Below the pieces are notes generated by a model, which worked only from the letters and a program-made list of their open reading frames with translations, was not told where the DNA came from and searched no databases. This document shows, one piece after another, positions 36,620 to 49,415 of a DNA stretch of 64,000 bases. The position numbers were made by a program, and so were the translations under genes. Where the stretch lies: the NCBI GenBank assembly GCA_026770705.1, contig JANJGN010000015.1, positions 95,728,001-95,792,000 of the forward strand. Direction: 5' to 3'. Numbering within the stretch: the first letter of the stretch is position 1; the number at the start of each line of letters is the position of its first letter. Origin of the DNA: Isurus oxyrinchus. Its lineage: Eukaryota.

Positions 36620-37173
36620 TGCACCAAAGCAACAGTAACCCAATGACTTTAAACAGACACTAGACAAAACACATTTGACCTTACAAATTCAAAATGAGGT
36701 TCTTCTCTATTTGGTTCCTTTGCAATCACAAGTTTAGGCTTAAAGGCTGGTTAGATGTTAAATGCCTCTGACTTATGCACACAAACACCTTTCTGTTTAT
36801 ACCTAGCCTCCCCTTTGAATGTAAATTTCCCATTATATTACTAGGTTTTTTGATTTTACTTCTCCTAACAATAATCGTTTCATTCCACCAATTTTATTAG
36901 TGATATAAACACGTTGCTTGGCATCTCCAAGCTGGGTGCAAAATTTTACCCATTCTTTTGAATAGTTTATTCAATAAATGCAAATTTATACTTTACCTTT
37001 TTTTAATTTCCTTATGTTTATCTGATTAACATCTCAAATTACTATACATCAAAGCACCCTGACTAGCTGGCTTTAATCCAATTAAGACACACACATTGAC
37101 ACAGACCCTACTATAATTCCAATTTAAAAATAATTTTTAATAACATTGTAGAGATCAATATCTCTTCATGACA
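36620..37173. mobile_element. Partial LTR related to the solo LTR at 54073-54820
   Basis: Shared blocks GCAACAG-AACCCA, ACATCAAAGCACCC, AATTAAGACACAC; same terminus TTCATGACA. Confidence 0.75.
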
Positions 37174-37932
37174 GGGGGCCAGTTATTCAACCTGGCCAGA
37201 GCTTGCTTCTGTATGGCCTGCCGTCAAATATTGAACAGTAGACTGAAGACGGAATCCAAAAACTGTATAATTAAAGCAATTGAAACAGCTCAAGTCTCGG
37301 TCATGTGACAAAATGGATTTTGGTTGAGCTGTTCAGCTAACAAGTTTTCCTTGGTTAAAACCTGTCGTGTATTGAGCAGGTAACTGTGGAGCCATACACA
37401 TAACATTAGTGATGAGGAGTCACAAATACCTTGCCTTTGTCCATAGCTGGCAGGTGCAGACATCTCGTCCACTATCCTTTGTGTTGGCTTAGCTGGAATA
37501 TTTGTACAATGCAAGGAGTATTACATTCCAGGGGTTTGATGTGTTAGCCATTGTCCACTTTTAAACTGCTCAAAAACTTCCAGAGCTATCATCATATGGT
37601 CAGCAGCAACCATTTTATTAGTCCAGCCATTTGTTCATTTTAAAAGAAAAATAATAATTTTAAAAGTAGCTAGGGTGACAATATATAATATTATTTTCCC
37701 TTCATGTCTTCTGGCCATGACAGTAGCACGAACATATATAAATCTATGAGCCTTCTGTTTAGTGTGAATCTGTCTGTCGTACCCCAAAATGTCACTCTTC
37801 AGGCACCACCCTCACAGTGGCATATCTCAAATTATATAGTGCAACTGCACCTGATTAATTCAAGTATTTTTTATAAAATGCTGATGAATCACAATTGAGG
37901 ACTGCTTTTTTGCAGAAGGGAATTGCGAACAA

Positions 37933-40900
37933 GGGGCTGGATTTTATTGTGCAATAGCATTTTGCTTTGGGAGCAGATGAAAGCAAAATTTTCAGCGCTT
38001 CAGGAAGCCAGCTCTAACCCACTGACTTCTGCACTTCACTGCAATGCATTTGGCTGCATGCGAGAACACCCTCTCCCCCCATCAGGAGAAGCAGTTTACC
38101 ACTTAAGTTAATTGCTCAACACCAATATTGGTGTTGATTTTTCAGTTTAACTTTGGGTTCACAGGCTTCCTGGAATTCAGCAGTAAAAGCAAGGTGAGCA
38201 CACAGTTGCAACTGAGGGGCTGAAGCAATCTCCAGGAAATACACCTGCAAGTATTAAGGACTCACAGCTGCTTTCGTATCTGCTTGTGGGAAAGTGTTTG
38301 CTCATAGTATGTGTACTGTGAGTTTACTTTACTTTGGCAGTTTCTTCAACACATTAGAGGTGTCATCTGCACTTTGGAGATTCAGGGGTCTCATCTATCA
38401 GATCAGTATGCATGTTATTTATGTGGTGTTAGATTGGACCTCAAATGAGTACCAAGATGACTAGCAACAGAGTGTTGCCCACATAGGTCCAGGAGAGAGG
38501 AGATCAGCATAGAGGTGCAGATCACAGGAGGCCAAACCCAGCACCTAGGTCTACAGGCAGAATATAAGATTCCACAGCATGTCTGAATTCCACTGTCCCA
38601 GGATGCTCAGGCTGTCACACAAGGTGGTGGCTGATATTTTCAGCCTGTTGCAACATGATCTGGTGACTAAACTTTACCATGGTAGTCAAAGTCATCATCG
38701 TCCTCAATGTTTTTGCCTCTGGATTTATTGGAAATATTTGCAGGATCTCCCAGTCGGCAGGTCACAAATACGTAAGATAGGTGACTGACAGCTTATTTAT
38801 TAGACCTGCCAATTATGTCAACTTTTCTATCTATAATGTCAGTCAGAGTCAGTGGGAATTCAGGTTTGCGATACTGGCTGGTTTCCTACAAGGCGCTAGA
38901 CATCACCAACTGCCCACATACTTGGCAATTGCAGATAGGTTATCTAGAAGTTTTCACCATCAATATGCAACCACAAGGTCTGCCATCGGGTGTGAACATG
39001 AGTCCCAGGGACCCACTATAATACTTTTATCCTGTGGCAGTCCACACTCCTAAACATCTTTATACTGGGAGGCAGAGTTACTGGATACCCACTGACACCT
39101 ATCAGGAACTCTAGGAAGGAAATCTTCAATGAACTCCAGATGTGTCAACAAATAAGTCGTTGCATGATGAAGCTGTATTTCAGATACCTGGATAAATCTG
39201 AAAGCATCGTTTAGTGCACTCTAACCAAGGTCTCCAGAATGGCCGTGATGTGCTGCGCTGTGCAAAACATTGCCTAGTAGTGAGGTTTGGACCTTCAGGA
39301 TTAACAAGGCACAGTGCTCAGTGCCTTTTTGGAGGATTCTGAAGAGGAAGAAGGAATAGACAAGGAAGCAGAAGATGATGTGAGCAGTGCAATGCCAGAG
39401 ATATGCATGGCTGCCCTGAATGCCCTGATTATTGCAAAGTTCACTTAGGTTCTGCCATTGCACCCATCTCACAACCTTACTGAAGAGCTAGTATTGCTGT
39501 CCCCTGCCCCACCCTCCACCCCCTCCAAACTCTACCCTTACCACCATGCATGCCACTAACAGAAAGCAGGCCTTCAAGTAACCAAGTATCTCTTTCACAT
39601 CCCCATTGCTTGATGTCAATTCATCCCATTTACCAAATAAAAAGTCTGTTTCCAACCAGGAGCTAACAATGGGCAACATGGGAAAGTGATGCAAAACAAT
39701 AATTTTATGTGCATCAAATTAAGAAAAAAACAATTGACAATATAAAATCTGTAAGAGACTCATGTGTGCACTCTTGTGCAACTTCAAATCTTTACTGGGA
39801 GGGATACAGTTGACGTTTCGACTCCTTATGACGCTTCATCAGTTCTGATGAAGGGTCATACGGACTCGAAACATCAACCGTATCCCTCTCCGCAGATGCT
39901 GTCAGACCTGCTGAGTTTTTCCAGGTATTTTTGTTTTGTTCTAGATTTCCAGCATCCACAGTATTTTGCTTTTATTCAAATCTTTACTCTTCCTTTTCCT
40001 GCTGCTTCTGTGTGGTGTAACCCCTGTGGCTTCAACGGAGTCAGACTTCTCAGGTCCCTGCTCTGATTGTTGAGTTGTTCTTTGCTGACATCCTCTGGGG
40101 TTTGGAGCCTTTGAGGCCTCTGCTAAAAACTGTGCTATCTGCACCTGCGCAGGAACAGACTGTCAATGTGACACAAGGTAGCATTTTGAGTACTGACTTG
40201 GGGTGGAGCCACAGACAATGGGTGAGAAATTGAAGCCCTTTAAATGATGTTCCCACTTTCATATCCCCTTTTACCAAAAATCATCTTGTGGCTTCCACCA
40301 TCTGCTCTTGGTCACTTGTGAAGTGCAATTCATTAGGAGAAAATCCAACTCTCTCTGTAACAGGTTCCATTAAAGTGCAAGAATTGAGCAAGTGCATGGT
40401 CAGCAAGAGCCCCGTTATGGTGTAAACTTAGAGGGATTGAACTCCTTTAAGGGGTCGTCAGTAATGTCAACTAACTCCTGTTGATCGTATGAAGGGCCTG
40501 TGGGAAATACAAGACATGAATGTGTGCTGTCAAGGTGAGAATATTTGAAATTATTATGAACATGATCATATTTCAATCGTTGACATCAAGTCAACCTGAC
40601 TAAGTGTTGTATGCCATGTGGCTGGCTGATATTTAATTGTTATCACCCCATCTCAGACAGTTAGAGATGCCGAAAGTACACTGATCTCCAGTGCCACACC
40701 CTCTACGCTTGCCACATATTATATGTTTGGATGGTCACCGCAAGTTCTCTGTCTCTCCCTGCTTGTCAGTGGCATCTTCAGTAAGGAGGAAGAGAAAAGA
40801 CATATGAATTAAAATGATGAAACATTTCAACAGATGGCTGGAGATCATTGTTGAGGGTGAATATAAAGGAGAGGCATGACATAACATAAGGATGAGGGTG

Positions 40901-41500
40901 TCAGTGGTGGATAGGTAAATGGGAATGTGAAGAGTGCTCAGACTGAAAGGAATGGTAAATGGGTATGAGGAGTGGTTTGCTCCAGTTGGTTTGAGAAAGT
41001 AGAGTGAGGAGGTTAGGGTGATACACACATAAGGATGTAGGTGCCACTGTTCTCACCTTTCCTGCTCCAGTTAGGTCATGAAACTGCTTCCAGAATTGCA
41101 TCCAAGAGCATGGCACTATGCTGCTGCTGCTTTCTTCTGCCACCTCCAGACTTAGTTTCCTCAGCAAGCTTTTTCCTCCAGTTGGTAGGGAAAGGATAAC
41201 TTACTCATGGTCCTCACAGCCTTCAACATATCACATCCAGGGAAGCATCTATGAAGTGGGGCACAGCCTTTGACTCTTCTGCTTCCACTACTGACCTTCC
41301 TCCTCTCTCCTTCCCAATGCTTCAACATGCATATTTGGAGTGTGCTTTTAAATACCGGAGCTGAGATTGTACCATGTAGATCATTATCACACATGGTTAC
41401 GCTGATTGAACAGGAAACCCAGAAATAAAATGCTAATGTACTGACCATGTTAAAAACCACTGAAAGACACACTTAATGTATTCTGACCTTCCCATGCTGG
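37933..41500. mobile_element. Old, highly decayed PIF/Harbinger element
   Basis: TIR-like GGGGCTGGATTTT; transposase remnants on plus (MSEFHCPRMLRLSHKVV at 38579); Myb-like remnants on minus (CSWMQFWKQFHDLT); right end uncertain. Confidence 0.65.
39797..39974. mobile_element. Short fold-back Penelope-type element with opposed hammerheads, canonical core
   Basis: 14-bp TSD TTCAAATCTTTACT (39783-39796, 39975-39988); plus strand AGTT CTGATGA AGGGTCATACGGACTC GAAAC ATC AAC; partial inverted arm on the left. Confidence 0.82.
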
Positions 41501-42119
41501 TTAACCAGTTGTACACCCCACACTATCTGTTAACAATACCTTGGGAAGTCCATCAAACAGTTTTCACAATTGCATCATTCTTTGGATAAAATACATACCA
41601 GAAAGTAAGTTTCAGTATTAAAGCAGTGCAAAAAATCCCAAATTTAATAAAGTGAGTCTCTGGTTGAACATCACAGGGGTGAGCACAGTATAATGTAGTG
41701 ACATGAACATAACAATAAGGGAAGCTTCTGGTAGATTTATGACTTGCTAGACTAATTTTTTCAAAGTGCTTTGCTGGATCACACATTTAATGAACAATTT
41801 TAAACAATGAAATAATCATTTCTCCAAGTGCAGATTTAATCATGAACTGCAAGTTAAAAATATTATAATGACCAACTATCTGCAGGAGAACCTACAGATT
41901 AATGATAAATGTTTTTGTCTATTTAGATACTGATGTCGAAAAGCCCACAATTCAGGCATTTTTATCAACCTAAAGGCAACATAGTTTCTGCAGGCATTAG
42001 ACCACAAGACAATAATATATTCCACACAACCTCCTCACCCCAGGGATGAGACCTGCACTCATATTTAAACCATTAGTTTATGCAAACACCACAACTTGGC
42101 AATAAATTATGTACTTGAG

Positions 42120-42640
42120 CTTTGCTGCAGGACTTGAGCACATAATCTAGGTTGACATTTCAATGCACTATTGAAGGAGTGCTCCATTTTTGGAGGGGGT
42201 CAAATGAAAAACAGAGTTTGCATTTATACAAGACTTCTGATGATTGCAGGCCATCCCAAAATACTTTCCAGCCAATTAAGTACTTTTGAACTGAGTCACT
42301 AATGTAACATAGGGAAATGTGGCAGCCAATTTGCACATAGCAAGCTCCCACAAACAGCAATGTGATAATGATTAGATTAGGTTTTCGTGCAATGTTTGTT
42401 GAGAACTAATTATTGGCCAGAACACTTTAGATAGAGCCATGGGATTGTTTACTTCTCTCTGGGATGGCAGATAGGACGTTGGTTTAATGTTTCATTTGAA
42501 AATCAGCAGCTCTGACAATGCATCATTTCCTGAGCTCTGCACTGAGGTGTCAGCCTAGATTACGGGCTCAAATTTGTGGACTAAGATTTGAATCCTCAAA
42601 CTCCTGGCTCAGGGTTATGAGTGCTAACAATGAGCAAAGA
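42120..42640. mobile_element. Deu-domain-like SINE(s): short plus-strand piece and a longer minus-strand copy
   Basis: GCCATGGGAT...GGTTTAATGTTTCATTTGAAA...GCACTGAGGTGTCAGCCTAGATT is the reverse of the 45513 core; tail matches 25370-25470. Confidence 0.7.
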
Positions 42641-43464
42641 TTGTTAGCATGTTGAGCTGAACTGTGAAAACATGCCAGCAATACAATTAGATTGGTATTT
42701 CTAAAATTGGCTTGGTCTGAATGAGCTAAAGTGAAATATTGATTTGGTTACAAGTTTTATTCAGTGGTTGTGATGGAATCAACTTGACCTGATTAGTTAA
42801 GAACAGGAAACCAGAAACATCTTGGCACAACATTAGATATGTTTACATCTACTTAAAAGGACAGAAGGGATCCGCCAATTTAGTGAGCCAATATCACAAT
42901 GAGTTTACTTTCTGTAATGCATGTGATGTATTTATGGTATTGATAATAAAGGATTTCCGCAACATATGCTAATCGCAAACTACGATATGAACCTCAACAC
43001 TTCCATATGGTTTAAGTTCAATCCGTAAAAAAGAACATTTTTGGTACGATTTCCATCTATCTGTTTTTGTTTCAATCCTTCCTGTTCTGTACAGGATAGA
43101 CTGCAACTTGCCAATAATGCCTACTCACAACTTGCTTCTGGGGTATAGATGAAAGTAGAGCAGAGCAACTCTCTGTGAAATTCCCTCGCTCCCCAAAGAA
43201 AGTGCCATCAATTGGAGAACCGAGTACATGACAAGTTGGAAGCACTCCAATTACAGGTGACAGAATAAACAGGATCATTAGTCAGAAGTTACATGTGGGA
43301 AATCTGATGCCATTCAGCTACACAGATAAAGAGAAAGTCTGAAATAAAAACAGCAAGTGGAAACACTTCCCCAAGGACCTTAAAGTCACAATCCATCATG
43401 ACTGATTGGCACTTTACTTAGCCAATTCTTTACAAATCTAGTGAAAGATGCCACCAGAAACATG

Positions 43465-43800
43465 AAATGATTATGGAGTAGATAGAAACTACTTTAGCCA
43501 GTTGAGGAGTCTAGGACTAGGGGGCATTGTCTCAAAATTAGAGCCAGACCTTGCAGGAGTGAAATTAGGAAATATTTCTTCACACAAAATGTGGAAGAAG
43601 TTTGGAACTTTCTTCCACAAATGGGAAGTGATAGTAGATCAACTGTAAATTCTAAAAATAAGATTGATAGATTTTTGTTATCCAAATGTATTAAGGAACA
43701 AGGGTGAAGGCAGGTATGTGGACATAGTTGGCAGATTAGCCATGATCTCTTTGAATGGCGCAGAACAGTTCAAGGGACTAAACCTACTTCTGTCTATATG
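43465..43800 (+). mobile_element. CR1 LINE 3' end
   Basis: ESRTRGHCLKIRAR, RKYFFTQNV, then CR1-type 3' UTR. Confidence 0.8.
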
Positions 43801-43994
43801 CTGAATGACTGCTATGTATTTCTAGTACTTTCCAGGTGGGGTCAAGGAGGGGTGTTCTAATTTGTTACCCTCCCCCTTTCTAATAAATGTGATTCTTGCA
43901 AGATGACGCAGACTCATACTTTATTTGTGTAGCTTTTGTGAGCTCATGTCAGTCCAATGAGGGCCGGGCCCAGATGTTGAATTCTGACCAGCTT

Positions 43995-44505
43995 TTATTT
44001 TCTTCTTTCATGGGATGTGGGTGTCATTGGCAAGGCCAGCATTTGTTGCCTATTTCTAATTTCCCTTGAGAAGATATTGGTGAGCCGCCTTCTTGAACTT
44101 CTGCAGTCCATCTGTACACCCACAGTGCTGAGAAGGGACATTCTGATCCTGATCCCACAACAGTGAAGGAATGGCAATATCGTTCAGTGTCAGGGTGGTG
44201 TGTGGCTTGCAGGGAAACATGCTGGTGATGGTGTTCCCATGTGTCTGCTGCCCTTGTCTTTCTATGGAGTAGAAGTCGTGAATTTGTGAAAGTGTTTTCG
44301 AAGGAGCCTTGGTGAGTTGCTGCAGTGCATTTTGTATATGGTACATACTGCTGCATCAGTAGTGGAGGGACTGAATGTTTAAGTTAGTAGATGGAGTGTT
44401 GATCAAGAAGGCTGCTTTATCCTGGATGGTGTTGAGCTTCTTGAGTGTTGTTGGAGCTGCACTCATCCAGGCAAATGGAGAATATTCTGTCACACTCCTG
44501 ACTTT
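43995..44505 (-). mobile_element. L2/CR1-group LINE 3' end
   Basis: Homologous to 45715-46200 (TTCTTGAACTTCTGCAGTCC, GCTTTATCCTGGATGG); further copies near 20270, 16720, 21790, 23280 and 47990. Confidence 0.75.
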
Positions 44506-45512
44506 CAGCAGCACGACAATTCAGAGCTGAGCTAGGAGTTCCTGGATCAGTCTCCAGTCTATGCTGATTTAGATCACAGGCTAGGAGCTGGTAAGGGTCT
44601 CAGTGTCCTTGGCCTAAGGAAGAGAAAACTTTCTAAACTGTGATGATTGCAAACCAGCAACTCCAGTTGAATGTGTGTCAGTGAGGGGTGAGGTCGAGGG
44701 TGGTTAGGCTCAGCTGTGATGTGCCCTGGAGTGGGCCTGTGCCAGGGGAGCTCCCAGATTACGTAAGCAGCATGAAGGCAAGGTCAATAAAACCAGGTGA
44801 TCCTAGGGCTACGTAGGAATGGTGCACTTTAAATGCAGAACTACTCTCATCTTCCAGGACAGAGAACTCTGCATATTGAGACTCTTGGTACAGAATGAAA
44901 ATTTTCATCGCCAGTATCTTCATAGTGATCCTGAAATTGTCAGTGAGTGGCTTGATACATCAAAGAGTAGCAGCAAGAATGCATAATCTACTTTGACAAG
45001 AGCTGTCTGTTTGCATAGGGTCACTTGCATGTAATTCTAGGTATATAGATATGTTGCAAGATGTCTGAGCTATTTATTTCTGTTACATTTCTAATTCGTC
45101 CATACTGTCAGGGATAGAACTACCCCACCTACCATCTACCTCGTACTGATTGCCAGGGAACAACTGGAGACAATTATGACTTGAAGTTGTTGGATGGAAA
45201 TACCACAGCCTCGTTTATCTTCACTGCAGAGGGCAGCAGAAAAATAAAACATCACTGTGCTGTGACAATGTTTGTACATTGCAACAGCATAAGAAAAACA
45301 ATTCCTTGATGACAGAAAGGTTAAGTGAAGACGAAAAGAAATACTGCAGTTTATAACTAACAGGAAGAATTGGAAATGCACCACAGGGCTGTTTGTATTT
45401 GAGAGAGAAAAACCAGGAAGTTGTCAGATTCCCTAATGTCATTTAGGGGAGGAAACCTACCATCCGTGCACTGCCTGGCCACATGTGACACTAGTCTTCA
45501 GCACAAAAATTA

Positions 45513-45632
45513 AGGCTGACACTCCAGTACCATATTGAGAGCCTGCTGCACGGTCGGAGATGCCATCTTTATGATGAGGCATCAAACTGAGGTCCTGTCT
45601 GTCTTCTCAGGATGATGTAAAAGATCCCATGA
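45513..45632 (+). mobile_element. Deu-domain SINE core fragment
   Basis: GGCTGACACTCCAGT...GCTGCACGGTCGGAGATGCC...GATGTAAAAGATCCCATG resembles the AmnSINE1/SacSINE1 Deu domain as I recall it. Confidence 0.65.
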
Positions 45633-45714
45633 CTTCAGTGTCCACCACCAAGAGTGACTTGGTAGTACCACTACTGACCAAGTGGCCGGGTCCATAAGGA
45701 TGTAACTGCTAGAC

Positions 45715-47210
45715 TTGTGGACATTGCTGGCTAGGGCAGTATTTATTGCCCATCCCTAATTGCCCTTGCGAAGTGTGCTACCTTCTTGAACCGCTGCAGT
45801 CCATTTCTTATAAGAACATCCACAGTGTTGTTAGGAACAGTGTTGCAGTGAAGGAACGGGGTGATATGGTCCCAAGTCAGGGTGTGTGACTTGGAGGGGA
45901 ACTTGCAGATGGTGATGTTCCTTTGTATCTGCTGTCCTTGTCCTTCTAGGTGGTAGAGGTGGCTGGTTTGGAAGGTGCTGTTGAAGGAGCCTTGGTGATT
46001 TACTGCAGTGCTTCTTGTAGACAGTACACACTCTGCCACAGTGGGCAGTGGTGCAGGGAGTGAGTGCTGATGGTGTTGGTAGGGGTGCCAGTCAAATGGG
46101 TTGCTTTATCCTGGATGGCGTTGAGCTTCTTGAGTGTTGATGGAGCTGCACACGTCCAGGCAAGTAGACAGTATTCCATCACTCTCCTGGCTTGTGCCTT
46201 GTAGATGGTGGACAGACTTTGGGGAGTCAGGAGGTGAGTTACTCGCTGCAGAATTCCCACACTCTGACCTGCTCTTGTAGCCACAGTATTTATATGGCTG
46301 GGTCCAGTTTATTTTCTGATCAATGGTAACCCCCAGGATATTGATAGGGGATCTTCAGTGATGGTAATGCCATTGACTATCAAGGGGTGATGGTTTGATT
46401 CTCTCTTTTTGGAAATAGTAATTGCCTAGCACTTGTGTGACACAAATGTTACTTGCCACTAATCAGCCCAAGCCTCAATATTGCCCAGATCTTGCTGCAT
46501 ATGGACACAGGCTGCTTCATTATCTGAGGAGTCATGAATGGTGCTGAACATTGTGTAAGCATCTGCGATCATTTGCAAACTGAATCTGCGGTGGGCAATG
46601 AGGGATCCAACATGTTGGAAAAACCAACTTGAGCTCATCCTCACCAATCTACCTATCATAAATCCATCTGTTCATGTCAGTATTGGTAGGAATGACTACC
46701 ACACAGTCCTTGTAGAGACAAAGTCCCGTCTTCACATTTAGGATACCCTCCATCGTGCCATGCGGCACTACTGCCATGTAAATGGGATAGATTTCAAACA
46801 GATCTAGCAACTCAAATCTGGGCATCCATCAGGCACTGTGGGCCATCAGCAGCAGCAGCATGGTATTGAACCATGATCTGTAACTTCATAGCCCAGCATA
46901 TACCCCAGTCTACCATTACCATGAAGCCAGGGGATCTATCCTGGTTCAATGAAGAGTGCAGGAGGGCATACCAGGAGCAGCACCGGGCATACCTCAAACT
47001 AAGGTGTCTACCTGGTAAAGCTACAACATAGGACTACTTGCATGCCAAACCACAGAAGTAGCATGTGATAGAGCTAAGCGATTTCTTAACCAACGGATCA
47101 GATCTAATCTCTGAAGTCCTGCCACATCCAGTCGTAAATGGTGGTGGACAATTAAATAACTAACAGGAGAAGGAGGCTCCCCAAATATCCCCATCCTCAA
47201 TGATGGGGAT
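45715..47210 (-). mobile_element. L2/CR1-group LINE with an inverted 5' segment (46580-47210 on plus)
   Basis: Minus: MIADAYTMF, QQDLGNIEAWAD, LSTIYKAQARRVMEY. Plus: end of APE domain and linker (NQLELILTNLP, SIGRNDYHTVL, SWFNEECRRA). Confidence 0.75.
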
Positions 47211-47344
47211 AGCACTGGCCCGATCCCTTTCTTCTAACTGGGCACCAATCTCATTACTGTTTAGTTTGTTCTTTTTTTTTAGCGTACTATGTTTTCCTGG
47301 ACTCTATTGGACACCTTTTCAACTGTTTTCCTTTGTGATTCTAT

Positions 47345-47447
47345 GGCCGGAATTTTCCAGCTCTCCTGCGGCGAGCCATTGAAATCTCTGTTCACATCAG
47401 CAGGACTGGAAGATTCCACCTGCGTGAGGGGCTGGAAAATTCTGGCC
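47345..47447. mobile_element. 103-bp Harbinger/Tourist-type MITE
   Basis: TIRs GGCCGGAATTTTCCAGC and GCTGGAAAATTCTGGCC; 3-bp TSD TAT. Confidence 0.85.
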
Positions 47448-47450
47448 TAT

Positions 47451-47775
47451 CTCATTGCTTGCCAATATAGTTACCTGTTTTATTTTGCCAAGTTCTGTTC
47501 TCAGCCCCAGCAAAATCAATGTTTCTCCAATCCTTTGACTTGATCTTTGTCATGCTTATGTCCTTCTCAATTATTATCTTAAACCATATTATATTATGAT
47601 CACTATTGTCTAGATATGTGCTTACTTTTACTTCTCTAATCTGCCTTGGTTTAATCCTCTTTAATGAATCCAGTAGCAAATCCTCCCTTTGTGGTCTTTT
47701 TACATACGAGGTTAGGAAGGAGATCTGTGCACATTGTAGGAACTCCATTCCCTTATATCCTTTACCTACCGCTTT
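47451..47775 (-). mobile_element. CR1 endonuclease fragment
   Basis: ORF 47452..47748(-): EFLQCAQISFLTSYVKRPQREDLLLD, LDNSDHNIIWF. Confidence 0.75.
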
Positions 47776-48979
47776 TGGTCAATAAATTTCTATTTAATAC
47801 TATTCATTGCTTTTTAGTATTTGTCATTCTTTAGAATTTGTCACAGTTTCATATTTATCACTCATTAAGGAAGTAGTTTACCGAGCCACAGATGCTGATG
47901 AGCAAGGCCAATATATATATAGTGCTACCTTGTTATAAATGCATCATATATAATAGGCAAAATGAGTGTGCTTGCAATAAGTGATGGGCACCGTATTGCC
48001 TTTCCTTCAATACTTCTGGATCAATATCTTGGAACACGCTGCCTAACAGCATTGTGGGAGTACCTTCATCAGAAGGACTGTGCTGGTTCAAGGATGTGAG
48101 TCAGCACCATCTTTCAAGGGCAATTACAGAGGGGCAATAACCACTAGCAATGCCCTTAAACCAAGAATTATTTTTTTAAAAACAGGTTAACATTTTGGGC
48201 ATGTGACCTGTTTCAGGTATACAGTCTGTGCCGTTGAAGTTCCACGACCTCAAATGCCAATAGACCCACTGTGTTTTTCCAGCATTTTCTGTTTTTATTT
48301 TACAATATTTAAGTAACGGTGTCGAATTTCAGACTGAGAACTTACATAATCAATGTGGAAACAAATCAAAGCTGTGACATGAGGGTGCCCATTCATTTAA
48401 AAGTTAAATATTTCTAAAATTACTGCATGCGCTGTGGGAAATTTGCAGAATGACGCTCTTTCATTATTCTCAGAGTGCAGAATATATTGCACAATTATGA
48501 TTGTACAGAAATTGCATATGGATTGAGGTAATAATAAAACTGAAATGCCATGTCTGTGGTATTTAAAAAGAAGTCCGTAGAAATCCACTAAATGGATGAC
48601 TCAACAGAGGAATGATAAATGAGAGCAGGACCTCCCTGGAGATATTAATCCCAGCGGTCACGAGCTGTTCACAGCTGTTTGTGCTATAAAACATAACATT
48701 GCTGCTTGTTGTATTTTTGCCTCTGAATGTTGTAAGGTGATGGAGAGGACTGCTGACAACAATGCTCAAATGTTATCGATGTGCAGGTGGTCCAGTGTCC
48801 AAAAGACAGGGCTTTATATTTCTAATTGTGGGCACTCCGTCAAGGGTGGAACAGTCTGTGCAGGTCAGCAGTACAATTCCTGCATTGTTGGCTTTGTGGC
48901 CGGAACACAATAATAGCTACAGTGTTCAGTATGGCAGCCATTTTTATTGGTTGTGAGCAATGCTTTGCTTCCAGTGGCA

Positions 48980-49415
48980 AGGAACAGGACTACAGAGTCC
49001 TGGATATTTTGAAAGATTGAACAGGTTGGAACTCTTTTATCTAGAAAAGAAAGGGCTGAGGGATAATCCAACAGAAATCTGTAAAATTTTGAAAGGGTTT
49101 GCTAGGGCAAACATTCATAAATTGTTTCCATTTGTAGTGGAGTCCAATACTTCAGCCCATAAGTTGAAGATAGTCCCTCATAAATCCAATAAGGTAGTCA
49201 GAAGAAAATACTGGTTAGAATATGAGACTTGCCACCACGTGGAGTAGTTGAGGAAAATAGCAAAGGTGCATTTAAGGGAAGCCAGAAAAACACATGAGGG
49301 AGAAAAAAATAGATAGGGTTAGATGAAGTAAATGGGAGGAAGTGTTTGTGGTGCATAAACACTGGCATGGACCTATTTGAAGCGACTAACCTGGTTTTGT
49401 GTTGTACATTCTATT
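48980..49415 (+). mobile_element. Decayed CR1 3' fragment
   Basis: YFERLNRLELFYLEKKGLRDNPTEICKILKG. Confidence 0.75.

Noticed and set aside
43060-43270. Plus-strand coding exon after a strong acceptor (TTCCTGTTCTGTACAG)
   Set aside because: All three frames hit stops within about 60 nt; a non-coding exon cannot be excluded but has no support.
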